Positions 26,821 through 33,725 of a stretch of 34,815 nt of DNA are shown in pieces (the stretch's first letter is position 1; each line of letters begins with the position of its first letter). The translations under genes and the position numbers were made by a program. This DNA is from a virus. Taxonomy: Duplodnaviria > Caudoviricetes. Location of the stretch: IMG/VR virus record IMGVR_UViG_3300009095_000040, positions 1 through 34,815 of that record, one strand, 5' to 3'. The notes below the pieces were generated by a model that was not told where the DNA came from, did not search any database, and saw only the letters and a list, made by a program, of their open reading frames with translations.

Positions 26821-27357
26821 CTAGCTCCCCTTGGGTCGTGCTGCGTGGTAGGTGGGAATGGTTCGGACGTAGTACAGCATGTCCTCGATCTCGTCTTCCG
26901 TGAATTGGTGGTTCCGGGCTTCTGGCTCCTTTGACCCGTCGGTGAAGTCGCGGTCGAGCCCGATCTCAAACACGACGTGGCCATGGCTCGGCTTGTACCC
27001 GTACTCGAGCCATCCGAACTGGCCAACAAAGCTGCCGTAATCCTTGATGAAGGGGCGCCTTGCGCGAAGGTTCTTCAGGCCGTGGGCGATATCGTCGGCC
27101 GCGGCGTCGATGACGCGGTCGCGCTCGCCGAAACAGGCGTCGTAGTTCCCGTAGACCGCGATGAACCGCCGCGCCCGGTTGATGCGCTCGACGTCAAGCC
27201 CCGCGAGTAGCGCCGCCCTTTCGTGGAACAAGCGCTTCCGCTCGGCATAGAGCTCGATCTTCCGCCTTGTGTGCCGGCGCACTTCTTCGTTGACCGCCTC
27301 GAGGATTTCAGTGATCTGGACCTCTAAACTGGCAAGACTGACCTGTCGCTTTTCCAT
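26821..27357 (-). CDS. Hypothetical protein (178 aa)
   Basis: Start MEKRQVSL at 27357; N-terminal coiled coil, aromatic-rich C-terminus (KDYGSF...YGYKPSHGHVVFEIGL). Confidence 0.7.
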   Translation of the reverse strand: MEKRQVSLASLEVQITEILEAVNEEVRRHTRRKIELYAERKRLFHERAALLAGLDVERINRARRFIAVYGNYDACFGERDRVIDAAADDIAHGLKNLRARRPFIKDYGSFVGQFGWLEYGYKPSHGHVVFEIGLDRDFTDGSKEPEARNHQFTEDEIEDMLYYVRTIPTYHAARPKGS

Positions 27358-27413
27358 GGCTAATCTTTCCGTTGACGAAACAAGGCAGTTGGGGCGTGCT
27401 CGCCCCGCGTGCT

Positions 27414-28196
27414 TCATGCCGTCATGACTACGAGACAGGTGTTGACGTTCGTGCCGGAGCTCGAGAACGAGCCGGCCGGCAAGTCTTCGATGTAGCCGCA
27501 CGACTCGATTCGCTCGCGCAGCTCGCGGTACTTCCGGTCATTCCTGAACTTGATGCTCGAGGGCATCACCGCGACAAGCTTGCCACCCGGGAAAAGCCGG
27601 TCGTATGCCGCCGACACATGCTCGCAGGCGAGACGGAACGGCGGATTCATGATCACCTTGTGCACATTCTGCTCCGGTGCCGCGGCGAGCCAGCTCTCGA
27701 ACGTCATCACCGCGCAGTTGATCATCAGGCGCAGGATGCGCGCCGCGTTCACCTCGTTCGGCTCGACGACAATCAGGTCGCCGAGGTTGAAGCCGAGGTC
27801 GCGGGCTCTGGCCTTGATCGCGATGGCCAGCGCGCCGCGGCCGGCGGACGGTTCAAGAACGAAGTCGCCGGCGGTCAGGGACGCAAGTGTGACCATCTTC
27901 TCGGCTACATCCGGCGGCGTCTCGTAGAACTCGATCAGCTTCTTCTCGTTCGTGTACTGGCCCGTGTTGATGATGTTGTCGATGCGGTCGCGCAGCTCGG
28001 TAGGCGTGAGGTCGAATAGGTGCGCCTGCACCTTCCCGCCCTTCCACTTCCCGCCCATGGCGGTCAGCACGTCGTTGAGCTGCTTGTACTCCGAGCGGTC
28101 GAGCTGGCGGTCGTACTTCAACAGCCGGCTCCCTTCTTGCGTCATGCTCGAGAGGATCGCGAGCACGTTGTCTGGGACTTGCTTTGTCGCCTGCAT
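27414..28196 (-). CDS. SAM-dependent amino-methyltransferase, probably DNA N6-adenine (260 aa)
   Basis: FYETP, motif I VLEPSAGRGALA, motif IV IMNPPF, F..SGTNVNT; CAGGAG SD. Confidence 0.88.
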   Translation of the reverse strand: MQATKQVPDNVLAILSSMTQEGSRLLKYDRQLDRSEYKQLNDVLTAMGGKWKGGKVQAHLFDLTPTELRDRIDNIINTGQYTNEKKLIEFYETPPDVAEKMVTLASLTAGDFVLEPSAGRGALAIAIKARARDLGFNLGDLIVVEPNEVNAARILRLMINCAVMTFESWLAAAPEQNVHKVIMNPPFRLACEHVSAAYDRLFPGGKLVAVMPSSIKFRNDRKYRELRERIESCGYIEDLPAGSFSSSGTNVNTCLVVMTA

Positions 28197-28228
28197 GCCT
28201 TTTCTCCTGTGTTGGTCAATCTGCCGGT

Positions 28229-29152
28229 TTACATCACGCCGGCGCCGTGAAGGTACTTGATCATCGACTGGCGCTCCGCCTCGTACAGCGTTGCAACCAG
28301 CTTGGCGACCCGGAGCGCAACCTCGCGGTGGCCCTTGCTGCCCTTGCAGAGCGTCTCGAGCGCCGCGTCGAAATTGCCGGCCTCGACAAGCGCCCGAGCG
28401 GCGTCGTACTGCACTTGAAAGCCGCCGGTTGCCTTCGTGGGCTTCTCCGGCTTGGGTGAAGGTGTCGGCGCCGGCTCGCCTTGTGCCGCGACCTTCGTAG
28501 CGGGCTGCTTTTCGGGAGCCGGAAGTCGGACCATCCTGCAGCGCTGGTCGGTGGTCGCGACGAAATGAGCATCGTCGCGCCGCTCGATTTCAACAAACTC
28601 CTTGCCGTTGTGGCGGAACGTTTTCCAGACGACGAGCCGGCCCTTGCACGACTTGCAGTGTCGCGTCAGGAACCTCGAGCTGCCGTCGGTCGAGCGCTGG
28701 ACTACGCGCTGCGTGAGCGTGAAGTCCTTCCCGCAGCCGCATACTACCTTGTGAGCAAGCTGGCCCTTCGGCATCGCGTTGAGGGTGTCGTAGGTGTGGA
28801 ACCTTTCGGGCGCCTTCCCGAACGCGCGCATGACGCCCTTCCAGAGCGGCCCGTGCCCGCACTGCTTGCGGTACTTGTGGTTGGCGACGATATGCGCGAC
28901 CTCGTGCGGCACAGTCTGCGTGATGGCGTCTTCGAAGTTTTCGCCGCAGAGCACCGGGTTGAAGTTGAGCTCGAACAGCCCGAGCTGGATGAGCGTCGTT
29001 GCGGTCGCTGCAGCTCTGCCCTTCTTGGTGAACTTGATCTTGACTGTCCCGACGGGAATCTTCCTGTCCGGGGGAAGCAGCTCGTCGTTGGCAATGGCGA
29101 GATAGCGGCGGCACTCGCTGGTAATCTTTTCCATCTGTTCAAGCGTAAGCAC
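28229..29152 (-). CDS. SprT-like zinc metalloprotease with Zn ribbon and C-terminal extension (307 aa)
   Basis: TVPHEVAH...HGPLWKGVMRAFG; CGC and CKSC pairs; GTG start at 29152 after CCACAGGAG. Confidence 0.9.
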   Translation of the reverse strand: MLTLEQMEKITSECRRYLAIANDELLPPDRKIPVGTVKIKFTKKGRAAATATTLIQLGLFELNFNPVLCGENFEDAITQTVPHEVAHIVANHKYRKQCGHGPLWKGVMRAFGKAPERFHTYDTLNAMPKGQLAHKVVCGCGKDFTLTQRVVQRSTDGSSRFLTRHCKSCKGRLVVWKTFRHNGKEFVEIERRDDAHFVATTDQRCRMVRLPAPEKQPATKVAAQGEPAPTPSPKPEKPTKATGGFQVQYDAARALVEAGNFDAALETLCKGSKGHREVALRVAKLVATLYEAERQSMIKYLHGAGVM

Positions 29153-29158
29153 TGGCCT

Positions 29159-29250
29159 CTCCTGTGGTTGTGTGAGCCGGGCGTCCGTTCCCGACTCGCA
29201 CACACTCTATGGCGGATTTCTCGCTGTCCAATCATTTCCCGGTTTTTTAT
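29159..29250 (-). promoter_or_regulatory. Early cassette: A-tract, TGGACA-N17-GAGTGT, hairpin GAGTCGGG-AACGGACG-CCCGGCTC, SD
   Basis: -35 at 29225-29230, -10 at 29202-29207, hairpin at 29174-29197. Confidence 0.78.
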
Positions 29251-29501
29251 TTGAGTCTGGCCCCTACTGCGATGGCGCGGGCGGTGGCGGCCGGCGTCTT
29301 CGCCTTTTTGCCGGCGTGCTCGAGGCGCAGGACGATGTGATCGAGCTCGTTCGTCTGCTCGCTGTCGAGACGATGGAGCCGGTAGCCGTGCTCCTCGGCG
29401 ATGAACTTCGCGTTCTGCCAGATCGCGGGGCTGCTCCACAAGTCTTCAGCTACAACGCCTCGGAACTCGATCTTGGCTTCGTACTGCAGGTGCTCGTTCA
29501 T
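29247..29501 (-). CDS. Hypothetical protein (84 aa)
   Basis: AACCACAGGAG SD; fills the gap between neighbouring genes. Confidence 0.75.
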   Translation of the reverse strand: MNEHLQYEAKIEFRGVVAEDLWSSPAIWQNAKFIAEEHGYRLHRLDSEQTNELDHIVLRLEHAGKKAKTPAATARAIAVGARLK

Positions 29502-29519
29502 GACTTCTCCTGTGGTTGC

Positions 29520-29867
29520 CTAGCACTCGTACTTGACACCATCGACGGTGATGGTTCTCGGCTTGCGTGAGTACAGCGCGTTTGGGTTGAACTTCTCGAG
29601 CATCCCGAGCCGCGCCATGAGCTCGAGCCACCGCTTGCGGCGCGCGCCGCTTCCTTGAATCCAATCGGTATCGACGATCATGGTCAGCTCTTGGTCAAGT
29701 GCATCCCGTTGCGCCGGCGTGAGTTCATCGTGCCGGCCATCTAGCAAAAGGTCGATGGCCGTGACCGCGTCCCGCTTTTCTTCTTCCGACCAGTCGTCAT
29801 TGTCTTCGATCATTTCTCGGCGGTACCCGAGCTCCTCTGCTACTTCGAAGTGAATCTCAATCTTCAT
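29520..29867 (-). CDS. Hypothetical acidic protein (115 aa)
   Basis: Follows the conserved promoter/leader cassette. Confidence 0.8.
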   Translation of the reverse strand: MKIEIHFEVAEELGYRREMIEDNDDWSEEEKRDAVTAIDLLLDGRHDELTPAQRDALDQELTMIVDTDWIQGSGARRKRWLELMARLGMLEKFNPNALYSRKPRTITVDGVKYEC

Positions 29868-29873
29868 GGCTGG

Positions 29874-29972
29874 CCCCTGTGGTTGGCGGGCGTCCGTCCC
29901 GCGATGAACTCACTCTCACCCGCACCGGCCGGGCAGTCGAATCAAAACCCCCTTTTTTGTGAGGTATTTTTT
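29874..29972 (-). promoter_or_regulatory. Early cassette: A-tracts, TCGACT-N17-GAGAGT, hairpin GCGGG-ACGGACG-CCCGC, SD
   Basis: -35 at 29935-29940, -10 at 29912-29917, hairpin at 29886-29902. Confidence 0.78.
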
Positions 29973-30077
29973 CGGCTGCGTGGTTGCCTTTATAGGCTTC
30001 TTGAAGCCTCTCGGTGGTAGTTCGGGTAGCTCTGGTTGCGGCCGTGGCGCCCGGCGGGGCGTGGTGCGGCGTGGCGC

Positions 30078-30476
30078 CTATTCCGGCGGCGTCCAGTCGG
30101 CCCGATTGCCCCGTTTGAGGTGGTTCTCGACAATGGCAGGTGTCCCGAACGTCGAGCCCGGAAGGTGGCGGGTGATGTAGGCGACGACTGCCTGCAGGTA
30201 GAACGCGTCATCCCGGCCGGCGACTCGCAGCGCCGCGTGGACGTCGTTCTCGAGCACGCGAAGCAGGAACTCGCCCGGGGCGACCCGCTCGCGCACATAC
30301 TTCTCGAGCTGGTGGCGGTGTTCGTAGGGGCAGTCTCTGTCTGTCTGCCGGCCGGGCCATTTTGCTTGCGCGTACAACCGTAGGACGTGGAAGTCCTCGC
30401 GCGTGATTCTGACCTCCCCGCCATCTTCAACTGCCGATTGCAGGATCGCCGCGAGCGCGTCATTGCTGGTCGCCAT
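30078..30476 (-). CDS. Hypothetical phage protein (132 aa)
   Basis: AAGGA SD; PGEFLLRVLEND...P...FGT...V pattern recalls a common small phage family. Confidence 0.75.
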   Translation of the reverse strand: MATSNDALAAILQSAVEDGGEVRITREDFHVLRLYAQAKWPGRQTDRDCPYEHRHQLEKYVRERVAPGEFLLRVLENDVHAALRVAGRDDAFYLQAVVAYITRHLPGSTFGTPAIVENHLKRGNRADWTPPE

Positions 30477-30726
30477 CTTCTATCCTTTCGCAGATTACGA
30501 TGCGGTGTCCATCCACAAGCAGCTGCAGGTGGACGTCGAGTTCCCGCGTCGGGAATGAGCACTTCTTGGTTCCGGCCGGCGTTTCACCGAGCTCGAGCCG
30601 GCACGCGTGCGCGACCGTGACAGCGTCGGCGGCGTAGCACTCGTAGCGGTCGCCGATCTGGAACAGCAGCAGCGCGCCGTCGTACTTATCCTTCGCCTCG
30701 AGCCATGATCGGAGCGGCTCGCTCAT
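30460..30726 (-). CDS. Stand-alone MutS domain I (mismatch-binding-like) protein (88 aa)
   Basis: KDKYDGALLLFQIGDRYECYAADAVTVA...CSFP...L..LLVDGHRIVICE aligns by eye with the MutS N-terminus (LLFYRMGDFYE...DA...G.P...L..GESVAICE). Confidence 0.85.
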   Translation of the reverse strand: MSEPLRSWLEAKDKYDGALLLFQIGDRYECYAADAVTVAHACRLELGETPAGTKKCSFPTRELDVHLQLLVDGHRIVICERIEDGDQQ

Positions 30727-31115
30727 GACGCACCGACCTTACTGGATGGGAACGCTCCGCCAACCCATGCGTCGAGCCGGTACCTGTGCGGCTCGGCCAA
30801 CCACCGCATTTCGTCGAACTCGCTCCGGTCGCAGACCCGTTGAATCCAGTGGCCAAGCCTGACTAGGTCGCTGTGATTGAACACGCTGGGCATCGCCGGC
30901 GGCGGCTCAAGTTGAGTTTCGCGAACCGTGACCTCGTCGCCGATCAGGTCGTGCCCGGTGTCGCCGGCGTTGCTCGCGCCAACAAGCACGCAGTAGAACG
31001 TCTCGAACTCGTCATCATCGTCGACTGAGACAATCTGGCCCCGGAACTTCTCTCCGTGGTGATCGGCGCCAAGGTAGGTGACGACTACCGCGTCGCGCCT
31101 GCTGTACTTCGCCAT
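30723..31115 (-). CDS. Hypothetical protein (130 aa), possible SH3-like N-terminus
   Basis: Start MAKYSRRD at 31115 after AAGGAG; ATGA overlap with the next gene. Confidence 0.72.
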   Translation of the reverse strand: MAKYSRRDAVVVTYLGADHHGEKFRGQIVSVDDDDEFETFYCVLVGASNAGDTGHDLIGDEVTVRETQLEPPPAMPSVFNHSDLVRLGHWIQRVCDRSEFDEMRWLAEPHRYRLDAWVGGAFPSSKVGAS

Positions 31116-31117
31116 GG

Positions 31118-31381
31118 CTACCGGCTCCTTTCGATCATGCTGCTCCACGCCCGGGCGAACATCAGGTCGAGCGCCCCGTCGCTGCTGTCGCGGATTCCCG
31201 ACCAATCTCCGCCGCACGTCCCGAGCCCGCGGCCAAATCCATCGGCCAAGTCTTCGAAGCTGGTGCCGGATTCGAAAGCGGCCCTGATCAACATGAGCCT
31301 GAACTCGGCTCGGCACAACATGCCCCGGCTGTCGCGGTACTGCAGGCTTCCCGGGTTCTCGATCTTCACTTCGGAAATCAT
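31118..31381 (-). CDS. Hypothetical protein (87 aa)
   Basis: Start MISEVKIE at 31381 after CCACAGGAG and the ACGGACGC motif. Confidence 0.75.
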   Translation of the reverse strand: MISEVKIENPGSLQYRDSRGMLCRAEFRLMLIRAAFESGTSFEDLADGFGRGLGTCGGDWSGIRDSSDGALDLMFARAWSSMIERSR

Positions 31382-31387
31382 GGCTGG

Positions 31388-31410
31388 CTCCTGTGGTTGG
31401 TGGCGTCCGT
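31388..31410 (-). promoter_or_regulatory. Leader motif CACGGACGC plus CCACAGGAG SD (intercistronic)
   Basis: Motif at 31403-31410, 5 nt after the upstream stop codon. Confidence 0.65.
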
Positions 31411-31415
31411 GAGAG

Positions 31416-32147
31416 TTAGGCGTTCTGCGGCCCGCAAGCCTTGAGAGCCGCGTGGGCATCGCGCAGGGTGCCGAGAGTGCGGCCACCAACTCCGATCTTC
31501 CACTCGAGATCGTGGCGCACACCTTCCCAGCAGGCCGCTTCTTCGATCTGGTACATCCGCATTTCGCGGACAGCGCCGCGGGCAAGCTCGGTCGCCTTGC
31601 GCTCGAGCTGTTCGAACGTTTCGTCCCACGCCTGCAGCTTGCAGGCGGCTGCGAGTTCGCTCGTCGTTTCCATCAGCTCGGCAGCGCGGCGGTAGTAGTA
31701 GTCGACGAACGACTTCACGATGCCGGCCTGTCGGATTTCCCGGCCGCGAGCCGCGAGCCTTTCGGCGTTGGCGTATCCCGGGTTCTTGATGGCGTCGGCA
31801 AAGCTGTCGGTGGCGCCCTTGACGAGCCCGTCAATGTAGCGCTGAACCCTGTCCTCGATGTAGTCGACTTCCCACTGTGCCGCGCTCAGGATGTTCGCGA
31901 ACTTGGTGCGCGCCGGCGTGTTCTTGACGCCGGCGGCGTACTGCTCGAGAGCCGCGAGCGCTTCCTTCTGGGTGCCGGCTTCTTTCTTGTAGTTGTACGC
32001 GCCGATTTCGGCCCGCCACTTGCGCCCGTCGCTGGTGATGGTGGCGGGTACCCCGACCCCGACGTTGCCGAACATGCCGGCGGCGACATACTGCACGGTG
32101 CGGGTCTTGCCTTCGGTGGAAGCGCTGACTTTGGTAAGCGTAAGCAT
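31416..32147 (-). CDS. Hypothetical early protein (243 aa), beta N-terminus and helical C-terminus
   Basis: Start MLTLTKVS at 32147 after the conserved cassette. Confidence 0.8.
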   Translation of the reverse strand: MLTLTKVSASTEGKTRTVQYVAAGMFGNVGVGVPATITSDGRKWRAEIGAYNYKKEAGTQKEALAALEQYAAGVKNTPARTKFANILSAAQWEVDYIEDRVQRYIDGLVKGATDSFADAIKNPGYANAERLAARGREIRQAGIVKSFVDYYYRRAAELMETTSELAAACKLQAWDETFEQLERKATELARGAVREMRMYQIEEAACWEGVRHDLEWKIGVGGRTLGTLRDAHAALKACGPQNA

Positions 32148-32153
32148 GGCTGG

Positions 32154-32265
32154 CTCCTGTGGTTGTGTTGTTTGAGAGGCGTCCGTTCCCCTCGACGCAC
32201 AGACTCTCACCCACACCGGGCGGGCAGTCCAGTTTTTTCCGCCTAATTTTTCCGGTTTTTTTTTG
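32154..32265 (-). promoter_or_regulatory. Early cassette: three A-tracts, TGGACT-N17-GAGAGT, hairpin GAGGGG-AACGGACG-CCTCTC, SD
   Basis: -35 at 32226-32231, -10 at 32203-32208, hairpin at 32174-32193; plus-strand T-runs between 32233 and 32264. Confidence 0.8.
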
Positions 32266-32303
32266 CTGCCCGCGAGAGCGTAGAAGTGCGCTCTCCACGG
32301 CAA

Positions 32304-32891
32304 TCAGAACATTTTCGTCTGCGGCGGGGGCTCATTATCCGAGCCGCCGGCGGGGTGTTTGTTGTCCCACGAACGCCACACCGCCTCGGCCTCGGCCTTG
32401 AACTCAGTATGAGTAGGAGCCGGCTCGAGCTTGCTGCCCTCGTCGACGAAATGAGCGTAGCCGCGGCCCATCTTCTTCCCGCGGTGGGTGTGCTTGTCGA
32501 GCGCCTCGTCGGGAATCGGCGGGCGCACCTTCTTCTCGATATCGTCAATCACGACCGCGATGATTTCGTCGCCCGAACGGGACTTCTGCGCCTTGCACAG
32601 CGCAAGGACCGCGTTACTGACCCCGAGGCGCCATCCGTGGTTTTTCTTGGCGTAGAGTTCGGCCGCGAAGTTGATCGCTGACAGCGCGTGCTGGACCGCG
32701 ACCGGGTCGCCGATGCCGACGTCCTCGAAACAGATCACTTTGGTCCGCGTGACCATCGCTGCGAACCAGCCGGCGGTTTCCATTTCGAAAGCCCATCGAA
32801 GCGCGAGCCGCGGTTGATTGCGGCGGATCGCCTTCTGGAAAGCCGACTGCACTTCCCACACGTTGTAACCGGAAATCGTGGTGTCGCCCAT
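32304..32891 (-). CDS. Stand-alone RarA/MgsA C-terminal-like helical domain protein lacking the AAA+ ATPase (195 aa)
   Basis: SAFQKAIRR...ALRW...R..VICFEDVGIGDP...AVLALCKAQKSR...PIP matches the post-ATPase part of RarA (SA.HKS.RGS...EDVG.ADP...LA.APKSN); no Walker motifs. Confidence 0.8.
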   Translation of the reverse strand: MGDTTISGYNVWEVQSAFQKAIRRNQPRLALRWAFEMETAGWFAAMVTRTKVICFEDVGIGDPVAVQHALSAINFAAELYAKKNHGWRLGVSNAVLALCKAQKSRSGDEIIAVVIDDIEKKVRPPIPDEALDKHTHRGKKMGRGYAHFVDEGSKLEPAPTHTEFKAEAEAVWRSWDNKHPAGGSDNEPPPQTKMF

Positions 32892-32897
32892 GGGCTT

Positions 32898-32959
32898 CTC
32901 CTGTTGTTTGCGGTGATGCGTCCGTAACTCTCACTACCACGCCGGCGGGAGCGTGTAAA
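32898..32959 (-). promoter_or_regulatory. Variant cassette: TTTACA -35, TAGTGAGAGT -10 region, ACGGACGC, ACAGGAG SD
   Basis: TTTACA at 32954-32959; motif at 32918-32925. Confidence 0.55.
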
Positions 32960-32969
32960 GTCTTTCCTT

Positions 32970-33725
32970 CTAACGAGTTGAGGCGATATCCGAGCGGCGT
33001 TTGACGCGGATTGCCATGTTCAAGCTGCCGCGCTCCTTCGCCTTGTCTACGCTGAGGTACTGGCCCCATTTCTTGCGAAGCAGTGCCGTGCAAGCCTCGT
33101 TGGTGGCGCCCGTGCGGATTCCTTGATTGCCGCCCTTGCCAGTGAACACCGCCCCGAAGTCGAAATAGAAGCGCCGATCGCATAGCGTGATGCGCTCGTT
33201 TAGCAAACTCTGCATGGTGAGGTCGATATCCTCGCCCCGCTCGAGGCGCGCGTCGAACCTGACCGTGCGGCCGATGACGCCGAAGGCGCCGGCCGACGGG
33301 ATCACGAGCCCGAGCGGGTCACCTGTGTTCAAGTACATCGGGTTCGGGTTGCGCTGCCAGCAGAACACTGCGAGCTCGAGGTCGCGCGCAACGTTCCACG
33401 CGTTGCGGATGATGCGGTCGATTGCGTCGGACTCTGTGATGCGTCGAACCTTGCGGCCAACCAAGCAGTTCACGCCGCTGAGGTCATCGTCGATCATGCA
33501 GACGTCGCCTTCGATGTTGTCGAGAATCCAGTTGCGGATGTGGGCGATGTTCTTGAGCGGCGGATGTAGCGCGAGCTTGGCGCCAGTGCCGGCGATGGCC
33601 TTCGCGTACTGGTCCCGCTCCGACTCGTCTACGCAGATTGTGGCCGTCGGCAGCAGCGAAAGAAGCCGCTCCATGTTGCCGGCTCGCGCCCTCGAGGGGA
33701 CTACGACTGTGAGGTCACTCGCCAT
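32970..33725 (-). CDS. GT-A fold glycosyltransferase, TAGT/GREB1-like (candidate DNA base glycosyltransferase, 251 aa)
   Basis: VVVPSRAR, IRNWILD, MIDDD (DxD), FD...GEDID..MQ.L, GGNQ..R, L..KWG motifs; paired with a ParB-like gene. Confidence 0.82.
   Translation of the reverse strand: MASDLTVVVPSRARAGNMERLLSLLPTATICVDESERDQYAKAIAGTGAKLALHPPLKNIAHIRNWILDNIEGDVCMIDDDLSGVNCLVGRKVRRITESDAIDRIIRNAWNVARDLELAVFCWQRNPNPMYLNTGDPLGLVIPSAGAFGVIGRTVRFDARLERGEDIDLTMQSLLNERITLCDRRFYFDFGAVFTGKGGNQGIRTGATNEACTALLRKKWGQYLSVDKAKERGSLNMAIRVKRRSDIASTR

Noticed and set aside
27414-28196. Complete restriction-modification system
   Set aside because: No recognisable endonuclease or specificity subunit nearby
30040-30078. 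Short GCGCCACG-like repeats after the 132-aa gene
   Set aside because: Short, GC-rich and imperfect; not distinguishable from chance
32274-32295. Hairpin GAGAGCG/CGCTCTC as an intrinsic terminator
   Set aside because: No U-tract follows it on either strand; the nearby run reads as A-tracts upstream of the next promoter
29150-32960. Leader repeats as a CRISPR array or integron attC sites
   Set aside because: Spacing is irregular and gene-sized, the repeats contain promoter and SD elements, and there are no cas genes, integrase or attC-type ends
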